A stretch of DNA of 64,000 nucleotides from a virus: the IMG/VR virus record IMGVR_UViG_3300020123_000589, positions 32,001 to 96,000 of that record. One strand, written 5' to 3'. Positions 19,501 to 29,532 of this stretch are shown piece by piece. The position numbers and the translations under genes are program-made. How positions within the stretch are numbered: position 1 is the first letter of the stretch; every line of letters starts with the position of its first letter. The notes beneath the pieces are model-generated. The model did not search any database, was not told the DNA's origin, and worked only from the letters and a program-made list of their open reading frames with translations.

Positions 19501-21870
19501 GAACATGTAAATCAGCCAGGAATGGCTTGGGGTTGGGCTGACTACATTTACAATTACGTAGAGGAAAACTGGCAGGATTTGTTAGTAGGTTGGTTAAATT
19601 TAGATCCTAAGAACTATGTGAAACCCGTTGTTCTAATTGAAAAGATTTATCAGGATGAGGGTGGAGTATCTGCTTGGGTTCATATTGAGTTTGTGAATAC
19701 AGCAGCCAATACAGATGCTTTCATGAAGCTTGTTATTTCTGCTCGTATTGAAGGTGAACAAAGTATTGAGCCTGAAGGCCCAGAATATTTTGAGCATTTA
19801 ACAGATTGGGAAATTGATGTGAAGGATTACGGAAAGAGTGATGAGTTGGAGAAATCGAGTAGCTATGGTCCAACCAACTATCAAGGCCCTTCTGTAGCCG
19901 ATCACGGATATCAGAATAGTGCGTGGGATGATATGAACGTCACTTATTCTCCTGAAGAAGATGAAAAGTTCCTAGATCAGAATGGTGCAGATGGATATCC
20001 TAATCGTTGGATGGGCAGACATCGTGGACCATACTATACGAATGAAGGTAAAGTAGTTAAGATGCTTGAAGATACTAAGCCGCAAAAGCAAACTTCTTTA
20101 GAAAATTTTCTTCCTGAACAAGAATTCATCCCAGAACATTTAAATGCTGGGACAGCTATTATGACAGATGATGGATCTATTTATTGGAGCGACGAGCCTC
20201 ATATGATTCATGTCAAATTAATTAAAGAATTGGGTATTCCCGTTGAGCACATTGTTTCTGGTGGTCGTATAGTAGATGGAGATTACCACGATTTAGGACC
20301 TCGCTCAGATGCAATGAGATATGTTGAAATGGAATTGGCTAAGCAGCGTGTTGAAAAAAAGAGAAAAGAGCGAAGAGCATTAGGAAAAAAAGATATTAAA
20401 GCCGATTTTACGGATAAAGGATATTGGGTTGATCCATCTGGAAAATTTTATTCAGTTAGAGAAAGTGGTGATGGTATAACTCATTCAATGTGGGCAGCGG
20501 AACACATTGATGCATTGTACCCAGATATATCTGATAATGAATATAACGATGCCTATGATTTTTTACTAGAACACGGATGGGTTAGAATTGGAGATTCAAG
20601 TGTGGCAGATTATGGAGTTGAGGCACTTGATCCCCTCAATCTACCTTCTTATGTTATTGATTGGGTGAATAACCACGTACATGGAAAAGTTGATATTGAA
20701 AAATATCCAGCCCGTAGGGGAACTAGAGCAGTCATTGAACTTCCCGTCGATGATTTACAAGAAACGATCAACAACGAATTCAAATTACAAAAATTAGCTC
20801 CCGTTGCTAAACAAGCAGCCATCTCAGGTCAAACAGTGAATACCATTCTAAAACTCATTGAGCAGAATGGCGGAGCTACTTACAATCTTGCAAGTAATAA
20901 AAACCTCGTCGGTACGGATGCTTTCTCGGTTGCAATTTATCCAGATCGAGAACAAATAGTAAACCTTGTAGATTATAATAATTTAGAAGGATACCTAGTT
21001 GAGAATGAAGATTTGTTATCCGACCCCAATAATTCTTTTGGAGCTTGGGTAAGTGGTGGGAAAACTTATTTGGATGTCGTAGCTACGATAAAAGATAAGA
21101 ATCAAGCTATGAAGCTTGGACAGGAACATAAACAACTTGCAATCTTCGACCTCAAGAATTTGGTTGAGATTCCATTGCAGAGAGTGGCTAAGCTTGCTGC
21201 TTTACTACGATCTTGGATTGATCCACAAGGAAAAGTTCATGATATTAGCCCCAATCCATCTCACAAAATGTGGGTTTATAAAAATCTTGTGGACCCCTCT
21301 ACGCCCATTCCTCAAGTCGAAGATGAAGTTTGGAAAAAAGTTGCTGAGATGTTTGAATCTGGTTGGACCAGAGTTTCTACAGATTCTCATAATATAGAAG
21401 CTTCGTTGGTTTTGGAAGTTAAAGATTTAAAACGACTACCTCCTTATTTAGATAATTTTGTAGCGGAGAATTTTCAGGAAGGTCGCCCAATAGAACTTGG
21501 AGACTCTAAAGGCAAAGTAGTTTTAGTTTATGATCCTTTTCCTTCTCTTCAAAACGCGGTAAATAAAGCTTCAAGACAGCCCAAGGTAGCTGCTGCTGTC
21601 AGCGACCGCGAACAACAGAAATATTATGATGAGATTTATTCAGATCGTTGGAGAGATGATTCAGATAAGATAGACGGCGGTAATGAATATTATGATTGGG
21701 CTGAGGGCGGAAGTAATGATTACCCCAATCCAAAAGATGAAGAAAAAGAACATTGTTTACTTGATCAGCTTGAGAAACCAATAAATCGTAACAACCCTGT
21801 AGGTCTTGGCGAATATGCCATAACTTACTACGACGCTTTTCCAGACCAGGGAGACAAAGGGGGCATTTAA
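16501..21870 (+). CDS. 1789-aa polyvalent protein: Pol-beta-type nucleotidyltransferase, HAD phosphatase, 2H phosphoesterase and repeated modules
   Basis: VGS...SDMDIH; ILVDMDDT...IDDRA; HITL...HVTV; modules bounded by K-x-A. Confidence 0.75.
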   Translation: MQKKANILDWPKPSLEPAIWNPDNTLKPEVKEFILGFIHSFAKANNFKDINAWITDVKFVGSLTTNCWNSNSDMDIHIAVDLSKFVEVEHPEMSEQEASDYLDGIRKQVDQVKAKVPGTEHPTEIYFETEFTTHASQEFSGTYSVLQDKWLLEPHIVGQDFDMSTLHPDLLNLAKETASELDASFGELKRDVQDIKELEETLNYWPPEQRELLEKKLQKRLDELEQDIKVLVELREDVAEKRKHYKALSEQEVRFKYLQKYFYMHVLTDLKTLLKQSPELSVKDIPIVENIMQQASLKLAYQEEENRILVDMDDTICHEASDGECGEPMEGVKEALTKLKEMGYEIVIFSHRADDKHGEDEIKKYLEAHEIPYDSIYKGEKPLARFQIDDRAIHFDNWNSVLKQIEKSASLSTKYWIDPNGKEYQVGTALGHYGWVAKNILKVDDEAVKNDKNLLNQVYNKTEQMMEEGWARISSESGGQFAIEVNKLENLPSYLDNFIAAHFNQAEAENGVGIELDDQQGSFVTITDPFPNIQQAVTKKLNNQMSVAAKILSKKEATAFNPYQDESLKQGPPYAIYIGTQEMGEGYAPVKLYNIFGEHPRFGSTVAEETLQELGIPIRETKTAQLGSEYDFSSTHFLLPKEIAEKIIRWAVETIPEDQIVHDSKDPGTKGVQLESHITLKYGLLTDDFEEVKKALEGEKAPHLKFGKTSFFEPEGKDYDVVIIPVESEDLQKLNEKLCSQVEHDDLQFKEYHPHVTVAYIKKGLGPKYEGKDILEGEELDLNVLTFSPKEGSKQEMELGKATEKSSSFMPSNTDLAPSNDWISETGYPGNSEMDAPQNVSDESTWYSPENDRPRTRNFWQKMLSLFQKPLSKKEPKNIVPVKEASSNVFMLDTDSGLQTKALKDPTSEQAVNLFNSTRGEIHQLRWFIPVDGHLYMWDAYDLTHWDAIKQIGIPATRLAEDINTGVARTEYEAEIIAEEFKEFGFVNMNKQAKQWVTPTEHVNQPGMAWGWADYIYNYVEENWQDLLVGWLNLDPKNYVKPVVLIEKIYQDEGGVSAWVHIEFVNTAANTDAFMKLVISARIEGEQSIEPEGPEYFEHLTDWEIDVKDYGKSDELEKSSSYGPTNYQGPSVADHGYQNSAWDDMNVTYSPEEDEKFLDQNGADGYPNRWMGRHRGPYYTNEGKVVKMLEDTKPQKQTSLENFLPEQEFIPEHLNAGTAIMTDDGSIYWSDEPHMIHVKLIKELGIPVEHIVSGGRIVDGDYHDLGPRSDAMRYVEMELAKQRVEKKRKERRALGKKDIKADFTDKGYWVDPSGKFYSVRESGDGITHSMWAAEHIDALYPDISDNEYNDAYDFLLEHGWVRIGDSSVADYGVEALDPLNLPSYVIDWVNNHVHGKVDIEKYPARRGTRAVIELPVDDLQETINNEFKLQKLAPVAKQAAISGQTVNTILKLIEQNGGATYNLASNKNLVGTDAFSVAIYPDREQIVNLVDYNNLEGYLVENEDLLSDPNNSFGAWVSGGKTYLDVVATIKDKNQAMKLGQEHKQLAIFDLKNLVEIPLQRVAKLAALLRSWIDPQGKVHDISPNPSHKMWVYKNLVDPSTPIPQVEDEVWKKVAEMFESGWTRVSTDSHNIEASLVLEVKDLKRLPPYLDNFVAENFQEGRPIELGDSKGKVVLVYDPFPSLQNAVNKASRQPKVAAAVSDREQQKYYDEIYSDRWRDDSDKIDGGNEYYDWAEGGSNDYPNPKDEEKEHCLLDQLEKPINRNNPVGLGEYAITYYDAFPDQGDKGGI

Positions 21871-21912
21871 AAACCCTCTTAAAAATATAATAAAATCAGG
21901 TATTATTAGGGA
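21871..21912 (+). promoter_or_regulatory. conserved intergenic motif copy 2
   Basis: AAACCCTCTTAAAAATATAATAAAATCAGGTATTATTAGGGA. Confidence 0.7.
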
Positions 21913-21980
21913 ATGCCGTATCTACGCCCATAATTTTTATTTTAGAAGTAATTTTAATCGATAGTTTTGGAGGCTTTAAA

Positions 21981-23144
21981 ATGCGAGACATTACAAAGTT
22001 TAACCGTGAATTTTCAGAGAATGCTTTGAAGAAACAAGCTGAAGAGCTTGCTAATAAAGTTGAGCCTACATCTGCTCCAATAGAGATTCAAGAGGTTGAA
22101 GCCGACCTTAAGGATTTTTCGCTTACAGATAGCGGAGCTTATCTAAATGTTTCTCATCCAGCATTGCATGATGCTACGATTGGTGTAGTATCTAAGAATG
22201 AATATTCCAATGGCAATAAAGAAGCTATTTTACGATCTGTTTTGGAAAGTAAGTTTGCAGAATATCAGAATACTCACAGTCTTAAAATTACTGGAAGCTT
22301 TGTTGAGCCCTCAATTAATCCCGCTCCCAAAGAAGAAGTTGTTATTATTCCTGTTGAAAAGAAAGCCTCTGAAGAAAAACAGATTGAACCAGCCAAAGAA
22401 ATTACCTCCGATCTTCCCCTCCTACGATCTTCCGATTCATTTAGACAGAATGTAGAAACAGTTGCTTTTCGAGCATCAGAAAAACTTAATCGTTTCGTTG
22501 CCGCTGCTACAAATGGTTTGGTTGATCATCTTCGAAGTTTGAAATACGATATGCCAAAGGTTAATGAAGTTGATGCTTCCGCCCTCTCTGAGAATGGCGA
22601 TAGCTTCAACGGTTTTATTACTGCTTCTGTTTCATTAGAAAATTCAACAGGCCCTAAATATTTGAACCTTCCAATTACCATTTCTGCTTCTAAAGTTGTT
22701 TACCCCAATGAGAAAGAAACCGCTGATTTTGTTTCTAAAGGTATTGATCTTCGATCTAAGCTTGAAGAGACTCTTGCTATTGAAGCTCTTACTGCCATGG
22801 CTAAAGTGGATGCCGATGAAGCTTGGGTAAAAGAAAATATTTCAAATATACTTTTCGAGAAGACTGCTGAAATTAAGAAAGAAGCCTCGGATTATACCGA
22901 TGGAATTTCTAGCACAGGACCTGGATCTCATATCAAATTGCAGAAGCACCTCTTACCTGGCGAATTAGCCGATTGGGAAGTGGGCGATACTATTTATAGC
23001 GATGGCAAAAAATGGAAACTCGTCAGTAAAGATGATGGCCTCGATAGTAATGATAAAAATGCTGGTTCCGCCAGTTTATGGGATTTCGTTGAATGTATGC
23101 CGGAAGAAGGTGATGAAAAAATAAAAGCTGACATCCCCCGCTAA
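21981..23144 (+). CDS. putative head-internal protein
   Basis: SD GGAGG; K-x-A motifs (KKQAE, EKKAS, EKTAE, KKEAS). Confidence 0.6.
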   Translation: MRDITKFNREFSENALKKQAEELANKVEPTSAPIEIQEVEADLKDFSLTDSGAYLNVSHPALHDATIGVVSKNEYSNGNKEAILRSVLESKFAEYQNTHSLKITGSFVEPSINPAPKEEVVIIPVEKKASEEKQIEPAKEITSDLPLLRSSDSFRQNVETVAFRASEKLNRFVAAATNGLVDHLRSLKYDMPKVNEVDASALSENGDSFNGFITASVSLENSTGPKYLNLPITISASKVVYPNEKETADFVSKGIDLRSKLEETLAIEALTAMAKVDADEAWVKENISNILFEKTAEIKKEASDYTDGISSTGPGSHIKLQKHLLPGELADWEVGDTIYSDGKKWKLVSKDDGLDSNDKNAGSASLWDFVECMPEEGDEKIKADIPR

Positions 23145-23173
23145 CCTACCGATTTGATTAGGAGTTTCAACAA

Positions 23174-26100
23174 ATGAAAAATTTACTTGCTTCTTGGTTC
23201 AGAAATCTTACTGCTTTTGATGACGGAGCAGTTAAAAAAGAATTCAGTATTGTCGATCCCACCGCTGCCCAAGCTGATGGATTGAATACTGTTATTCTTG
23301 CTGTTTCCCCATCAGACGGAAATTCTCCAACAATGGTTTCTTTATATTTTGATGGAACAGGTGTAAAATTGTTTGAGAAGAAATATCAAGACGATCAAGA
23401 TGCTCAAACTGAAATGTCAGCTATGGCACATGATTTAGAAGAAGCTGCTACACTAAGTAAAGAAGGTAAAACTGAAGAAGCTAAGAATTTAGCTACATCC
23501 CTATTTGATAAATATAAGAGAAGTTCCGATCCTCTCTCAAATGAACAACCCACACCAACCATGACACAAGCAAGTCAAAATGCTCCTCTCGTTTATAAAG
23601 GATTTTCTATAAAAAAACTTGAAGATGGTAGTTGGCAAGCATCTCAGGATGAGTTGGCATTTACAGCTGATTCTATTGATTCGGTTAAAGCCAAGGTTGA
23701 TAACATGCTTCGCAAGGCGTATGGTAAGAAGTTAGCCAAACGCGCCGAAATCGTAATGCAGAACCTTTTCTTTAGTACTCCCGACGAAGCTATGGAATAT
23801 CAAGAAAAAATGAAAAAGCTTCAAGGTCCAGAAGGTGGAGAAGGTAAACCACTCTGGGAGCAAATGAGTGGTGAAGAGCAAATAGCTCCTTCTAATGAAA
23901 CAGCACCCGAAGAAGATAATGAACTTGCACCTCCCTCTTTGAGTTTTGATCGTATTGAGAAAGACAAAGCTAAGTCTGATAAAGATATTGGCAAGAGAAT
24001 TAAAGAACAGGTTAAAACAGAAGTAGAATCTGCTCTTGAACAAAAAAGTGCATCTGTGTTTGGCCCAGATCAAGAAGATCTTGTTGAAGCTCTTCGAAAG
24101 AATGGACGCAATTGGGATGAAATTAAAAAGATTTTTACTAAAGAACTTTCTTATAATGAAGATGATACAACCGTATTTTTAGACAGTATTCGTCAGAAAG
24201 AAGAGGGTGGAATGTCTGAAGGATTGCCCATGGCTCCAAAGCCTCCAGAAGATTTGGTATCTCCAGAAACCCACGATAAATTGGTTAAAGAAATTGAAGA
24301 TAAATCCGAACCAAAGCCCGAACCTTTGCCCCTAGCTGATGAAATTGCTCGTGCAGATAATGCTGAAATTAGAAAGGTTGCTAGAGAGATGACTGAAGAT
24401 GAAAAATTATCTTGGGACAAAACCCAGGTTGGTGAATTTGGAAGAAATAAAGATGGTTCTCCTCGCCCATCTCTAGAAGAAGTAACTAAACGAAGGCATG
24501 AGAAAGAACGTAAAGAAAAAGAGAATAAAAGCAAGCAATCTTCTCAATCTAAAGTAGCACTAAACCCTCTCCAAGAGCCTCCAGCCGTTGGACAAAATCC
24601 TGGTCAGCCTTTGGCTGCTCCAGTTGAAGAAGCTCCAACATTTGATTCTCCAGTTCCTCCATCACAAGATTCCAATCCAGAACCTGAATTCCTAGAAGCA
24701 CCTAAAGAAGGTGACAGAGTTTATGTTATGGGAGATTATGAAACTGGTCAAGATGGATTTGAAGGAACAATGGTTTCTGACTATACAAGCAAAGGCGATG
24801 ATTATGCTGTTATTGCTAAAGATGATGGAGAGAATGCAGAAGTCGCTTTGCATCGCGTTGTGAAAGCTTCTCAGAAGAAAGTAGCTCAGGTTTATTATGA
24901 GAAGGTAGCTTCTGTTACAGATTCTAGCCGAGGTCGTAATTGGAAAGTTACTTATTATGATAAGAATGATAAAGTAATTTCGTCTCATATAATTAAAGAT
25001 CGTACTGAAGCTGAGGCTGAAAGAGAAGCAACAGGCGATATGCCTTCAGGTTGTGAAGATTGGAGTATGATGCCCGTCCAATCTAAGAAAGCCGCTAATG
25101 AAGATCGTTGGACTAAGCTTGTTTATGAGTGTCCTTCTTGCGAGACACAGTTTACTGAATCTAAGAAACCTATGAGTGCCTGTCCTATTTGTCGTACTCC
25201 TGCTGATAAAATAAAATTAATAAAAGAAGCTGAAGGACTTCCTGAAGGACAGAATAGATTGAGAACAATTAATCCCCATAATCGCTTTTGTGACAAATGC
25301 GGAGACAAATTAGACCCAAGTAATCCAAGTCCTCGTTGTGCCCATTGTTCCAAAGCAAAATCTTTTATTCCACCACTAACCGAACATGATCTTCAGGAAA
25401 AGGATGCCGATCTAGAAGTCGAAGGTAAAGGCAACGAAGATGTAATTAGAATGTTCATTGATAATTCTTTCCCAAAGGATAAAATGCCTGTTTGGGGAAC
25501 GCCTAATCTTAAAATTACCAAATATCCAAATGGTTGGGCTTTAGTTAATTATCAAACACCTATTTTATATCGCGGTAACAATAACCCAGATGTAGTTGTG
25601 TTTAATACACATAATTATTCAGTTACTACAAAGAAAATTCAAAATCAAATTCGTAGTATGTTTCGCGGTCAGTCTGTTAAAGAGACAGATGAGGCTGGAA
25701 TATATTCTGCAATCGACCAATCTAATTTGGCTGTTCCAGAACCTGAATTTGGTACAGAGCTTCAATCTCTTCATGAATCTGCTTTGAAAATTAAGGCTGA
25801 CCTAGAACACGAAGGCGAAATCGCTATTTATTTTCATAAAGAAGGAATTGAAAAGAAAGCTTCTGATGATTCTGCATTTGAAGGTAATGGCTGGTGCCGA
25901 GTTTGGATTCAAGATGATGAAATTTCTTCAGATAAAAGATATCCAGAAATTTTAAAATTAGCAGATGAAACCACTCGTATTGATGCTTTAAAAGATTTAG
26001 CACGAGAATTAGCACACGAGGCTTTACGACTTGCAGACAGCGCAGGAGCTAAAGTTGGAGTACAGGCGTGGTTTGAATCTTTACATCCTTCAGATCACGA

Positions 26101-27073
26101 CAGGATTGATTGGGTTGCTTTGGCTAATCCAACACAAGAGAATGTTGAATCTGCTCAAGATCCTAAGATTGAAAAGAAAGCAGCCGTTTTGCCAGAAGTT
26201 GTAAAACAAGAAGTTATGTCCATGACTCCTGATATGAATATGCGAGGAGCAACCGCGTATCGTTTCAGTGTTGAGGGTGACAAAATTTATCGTGGTGAAT
26301 GGCGTATGGGATTTGAAAAGGATGATTTTGGTCCGTATCAATTTATTTATGATTTAGAAACAAAAGAATTTAAAGAAAATCCAAGTTATCAACAGTCGGC
26401 ATTCGCATCGTTGAAACAAGCAGCAGAACCTCTCCTCGGACCAACGGGTGAACCATTGCCAGCGAAACCAGAGACTCCAACAACTTTTAAAAAGCATCTA
26501 AAAGCACCACCCTCAACAGACCGCGAGAAAGCTCAACCCGCTTCAATTGAACAAGCCCAGCTTGTTAAAGAAGTAGAAAGCTCCTTAACTAGTCTTGAAT
26601 CCATCAAATCGATGGTGGAACAAGCCAAGGCAAAGCTTAATGCCGAAATCAAAACAATTGAAGAGAAGGGTGGCAGAGTACAAATAGAAGGCGAACTCAA
26701 AGAGAAGATTGATCGTCTTTCTAAGATGGTTGAAGCTGTGCAAAATCAAATGATTTATGCTGGAGATACAATGGTTCGTTTGGTTCAAGAAACTAAAGAA
26801 AAACCTTTTAAACCTGGCGATAAATGGAAAATCGAGAAACTTACTGAACGCCTTTCTAAATATGAGGATGCCGCAGCATTTTTAAAGAAAGCAGAAGATG
26901 GAGCGCAACACTTAGCTACATCAGAAGATATTCGTGAATTGTATTTCTTTCCACGTAAGATGAGCAAACTTCATAAATCAGCTGGATTTTTAGAAACACT
27001 AGACTCCGTGTATAATGATGTACTAGAGGCTTTAAAATTAATTATTGGAAGTGAAGAACCAGCGGCGGTATAA
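23174..27073 (+). CDS. 1299-aa multi-module putative head cargo protein
   Basis: SD AGGAG; SH3-like KEGDRVYV, two CxxC..CxxC ribbons, coiled-coil C-terminus; many K-x-A linkers. Confidence 0.62.
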   Translation: MKNLLASWFRNLTAFDDGAVKKEFSIVDPTAAQADGLNTVILAVSPSDGNSPTMVSLYFDGTGVKLFEKKYQDDQDAQTEMSAMAHDLEEAATLSKEGKTEEAKNLATSLFDKYKRSSDPLSNEQPTPTMTQASQNAPLVYKGFSIKKLEDGSWQASQDELAFTADSIDSVKAKVDNMLRKAYGKKLAKRAEIVMQNLFFSTPDEAMEYQEKMKKLQGPEGGEGKPLWEQMSGEEQIAPSNETAPEEDNELAPPSLSFDRIEKDKAKSDKDIGKRIKEQVKTEVESALEQKSASVFGPDQEDLVEALRKNGRNWDEIKKIFTKELSYNEDDTTVFLDSIRQKEEGGMSEGLPMAPKPPEDLVSPETHDKLVKEIEDKSEPKPEPLPLADEIARADNAEIRKVAREMTEDEKLSWDKTQVGEFGRNKDGSPRPSLEEVTKRRHEKERKEKENKSKQSSQSKVALNPLQEPPAVGQNPGQPLAAPVEEAPTFDSPVPPSQDSNPEPEFLEAPKEGDRVYVMGDYETGQDGFEGTMVSDYTSKGDDYAVIAKDDGENAEVALHRVVKASQKKVAQVYYEKVASVTDSSRGRNWKVTYYDKNDKVISSHIIKDRTEAEAEREATGDMPSGCEDWSMMPVQSKKAANEDRWTKLVYECPSCETQFTESKKPMSACPICRTPADKIKLIKEAEGLPEGQNRLRTINPHNRFCDKCGDKLDPSNPSPRCAHCSKAKSFIPPLTEHDLQEKDADLEVEGKGNEDVIRMFIDNSFPKDKMPVWGTPNLKITKYPNGWALVNYQTPILYRGNNNPDVVVFNTHNYSVTTKKIQNQIRSMFRGQSVKETDEAGIYSAIDQSNLAVPEPEFGTELQSLHESALKIKADLEHEGEIAIYFHKEGIEKKASDDSAFEGNGWCRVWIQDDEISSDKRYPEILKLADETTRIDALKDLARELAHEALRLADSAGAKVGVQAWFESLHPSDHDRIDWVALANPTQENVESAQDPKIEKKAAVLPEVVKQEVMSMTPDMNMRGATAYRFSVEGDKIYRGEWRMGFEKDDFGPYQFIYDLETKEFKENPSYQQSAFASLKQAAEPLLGPTGEPLPAKPETPTTFKKHLKAPPSTDREKAQPASIEQAQLVKEVESSLTSLESIKSMVEQAKAKLNAEIKTIEEKGGRVQIEGELKEKIDRLSKMVEAVQNQMIYAGDTMVRLVQETKEKPFKPGDKWKIEKLTERLSKYEDAAAFLKKAEDGAQHLATSEDIRELYFFPRKMSKLHKSAGFLETLDSVYNDVLEALKLIIGSEEPAAV

Positions 27074-27075
27074 CC

Positions 27076-27330
27076 GTGGATACTCTTATAGAACTTCTTA
27101 GCAGTGTAAAAGTTATTGGACCCCTTGGTGTTGTAGCAGTTATTGAAGCGTGGGCTTTATATTCGTTGTTTAATAGACTTGAAGAAGCTCAGAATAAGAG
27201 GTTGGAAGATTGGCAAGCTATGAAAGATGAGTACACACAATTAAGTAGCGACATCAATAAAACTTTGGATGTATTAATTAAAACATTGGGCCGTAAAAAT
27301 GGCAACGGAAATGGTGGCTGCAATGGATAA
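27076..27330 (+). CDS. small membrane protein (holin-like)
   Basis: one N-terminal hydrophobic helix followed by a coiled coil. Confidence 0.5.
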   Translation: MDTLIELLSSVKVIGPLGVVAVIEAWALYSLFNRLEEAQNKRLEDWQAMKDEYTQLSSDINKTLDVLIKTLGRKNGNGNGGCNG

Positions 27331-27523
27331 AATAACCGTTAATGGATTGGATAAATCCAAATCAAAACTAGGATTAAATATGTCTACAAATGATAAATTG
27401 GTTAAACAGATACAAGAACAAATTTCTCTAGCTGGAGTACAGGTTAAGAAAAGAATGAAAAAAATACAGCTAGAACTTTTAGAGGAATTAAACGATGAGT
27501 CTGGAAACGGAGTTAGTTTGTAA
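27323..27523 (+). CDS. hypothetical protein
   Basis: ATG 27323 overlaps the upstream stop region. Confidence 0.5.
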   Translation: MDKITVNGLDKSKSKLGLNMSTNDKLVKQIQEQISLAGVQVKKRMKKIQLELLEELNDESGNGVSL

Positions 27524-27668
27524 GCATTGTGGGAATGAATATTTTTATATCGTTTACGATTTGTCAATAGGACACGTAGAGGGTAAAGAAACACAATTTG
27601 AATTACTGAAATGTATGGATTGTGGCACGATGAATACAAAAACATTTGAGACGACAAGAGAAAATTAA
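27495..27668 (+). CDS. small zinc-ribbon protein coupled to the terminase gene (not in ORF track)
   Basis: SD GAGGA; MSLETELVCKHCG...KCMDCG...REN*, 57 aa; TAATG overlap with the terminase start. Confidence 0.65.
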   Translation: MSLETELVCKHCGNEYFYIVYDLSIGHVEGKETQFELLKCMDCGTMNTKTFETTREN

Positions 27669-29296
27669 TGTACAATTTTGCAGAATTAGTTTCTTCATCC
27701 TACGATGAGACTAAAATATCTAATTTATCTAAAGCTGCCTATGATACAAGCTTTTGGTCCTTACAAAATTTAGGCGTAGATTTGTATGACAACCAAATTG
27801 ATATTGTAAATAGTGTCTGTGATATTGGAGAAAAATACCTAGCCATTCTTTGTGCTAGAGGTTCTGGAAAAACTCACGGTGTTGCTGTAGCTCTTGTAAA
27901 GCTTTGTTTGGATTACCCAGGTTTATCAGTTGGTATATTTGGTCCGAAAGAGGACCAAGCCAACCGTATTATTAAAGAAGAACTTCTCGGTCATCTTTTG
28001 CTTCCGTCCTCTCCTTGCTATAATTTCATTGAATGGGGTAAAACTTCTGGTTCATATGTGAGATTCAAGAATGGTTCATATATTGAATCTCATTCAGCAT
28101 CAGAACAGAGCCAGCAGGAAGGATACCACTATTCTATTGTTGTTGTAGATGAAGCCCATGCCGTTAGCGATGCAAGCATATCCACTCGTATTTCAGGAAT
28201 GTTGGGCTCCTTTAAAATTTCTAAACTTATTAAAATTGGTGTTGCAGTAGGTAGAAATCATTTTTGGAAAAGCTGTGCTGCCCCCAATACCGCCTTCAAA
28301 GTAATTGTTAAAGATTGGACACAATGCCCAATTCTTCTCAATCAGGGTTCCATAACCTATGAAGGCATGGAACTTCCAAAAGAGGTTATCGACAAAATGC
28401 CGATAACACTTAAGAGACAATATTTTCCAGACCGTTCTGATCTTCATTATGATTCTGTTGTAGGCATGACAGAATTAGATTTCAATTCCCATTATGCAAT
28501 GATATGGGAGAATGATGCAAATTTAGTTCTCAATGAAGAGAATCAAATCAGATTAGTTTCTGGTGATTTCGATCCACTTGAGAAAGCCAATAAAGCAAGA
28601 ATGGATAAGTATTTCTTTGGACTTGATACCGCTTCTGGATCTATTCTTCCTGGGCGTAGAGATAGAGACTTTAACAATTTAGCTATTTGGCGTAAGACCC
28701 ATGATAATATTTGTCAGAAAGTAGCTGTGTTTGAATGGCAGGACGTTCCTCCCTCAGATTTAATGGAAGATATTAAAGCCATTATTCATCCAGAAACAGG
28801 TTTGTTTCCTTGTGTATTTGGATTAGCCGATTTTAGTAACATTGCAATTAGCATGGTAGATTTTTTTAAGAAAGAGAAAATCCCCATAGATGGAATTCAA
28901 TATCAAGCCACTGAACCTACTACCCATAAAAACTATAAAAATGCAATGTTCGATCAGTATGTATTCGAACTTGAATGTGGTAGAATACAATATCCCAAAC
29001 TTGATAAATTTCAGAAGGATAAAGTTTTTAATAAATCCTACCAAGAATGGTGTTTTATTGAGCGGCATCAGAAACAAGGGATAAATGCCATTATTGAAGC
29101 TCCTTCAGCAGATTTTCATGATGATGCACCAAATGCTGATGTTCTAGCAGTTTGGGCCGCAACACGAGTGGAGAATTATCAGGGTACCTTTGCGACTCGT
29201 CCAATGATTTCCCCAGTTGGTGGTCCAGGTTCTGTAGCTTCACGAGGTATTCCAAATCCAGCAGATCAGTCTTTAAAAAGTAGATTTTTGAAATAA
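27668..29296 (+). CDS. terL: terminase large subunit
   Basis: Walker A ARGSGKT, Walker B VVVDEAH, nuclease FGLD...HDD; upstream of portal. Confidence 0.9.
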   Translation: MYNFAELVSSSYDETKISNLSKAAYDTSFWSLQNLGVDLYDNQIDIVNSVCDIGEKYLAILCARGSGKTHGVAVALVKLCLDYPGLSVGIFGPKEDQANRIIKEELLGHLLLPSSPCYNFIEWGKTSGSYVRFKNGSYIESHSASEQSQQEGYHYSIVVVDEAHAVSDASISTRISGMLGSFKISKLIKIGVAVGRNHFWKSCAAPNTAFKVIVKDWTQCPILLNQGSITYEGMELPKEVIDKMPITLKRQYFPDRSDLHYDSVVGMTELDFNSHYAMIWENDANLVLNEENQIRLVSGDFDPLEKANKARMDKYFFGLDTASGSILPGRRDRDFNNLAIWRKTHDNICQKVAVFEWQDVPPSDLMEDIKAIIHPETGLFPCVFGLADFSNIAISMVDFFKKEKIPIDGIQYQATEPTTHKNYKNAMFDQYVFELECGRIQYPKLDKFQKDKVFNKSYQEWCFIERHQKQGINAIIEAPSADFHDDAPNADVLAVWAATRVENYQGTFATRPMISPVGGPGSVASRGIPNPADQSLKSRFLK

Positions 29297-29305
29297 GGAT
29301 ATGAA

Positions 29306-29530
29306 ATGAGAAAAGAACGAGCATTGGAGGATTCAAAAAACTATTTAATTTCTGTGCATGATGCTCTTCGTACAGCCTTCAGAAATGCTACTCCAGCAGA
29401 ACAGGTATTTCTAACAAACGTTTTAGAGGGAATCGAGAAGGATGTAAAGCAACTTGAAGCGTTAAAAGAAATGATGGAAGTATGGAAGATCAAAAAAGAT
29501 AAGAAGTTAGAAATGACTACAGAGGAATAA
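29306..29530 (+). CDS. hypothetical coiled-coil protein
   Basis: SD AAGGA; lies between terL and portal. Confidence 0.65.
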   Translation: MRKERALEDSKNYLISVHDALRTAFRNATPAEQVFLTNVLEGIEKDVKQLEALKEMMEVWKIKKDKKLEMTTEE

Positions 29531-29532
29531 AA

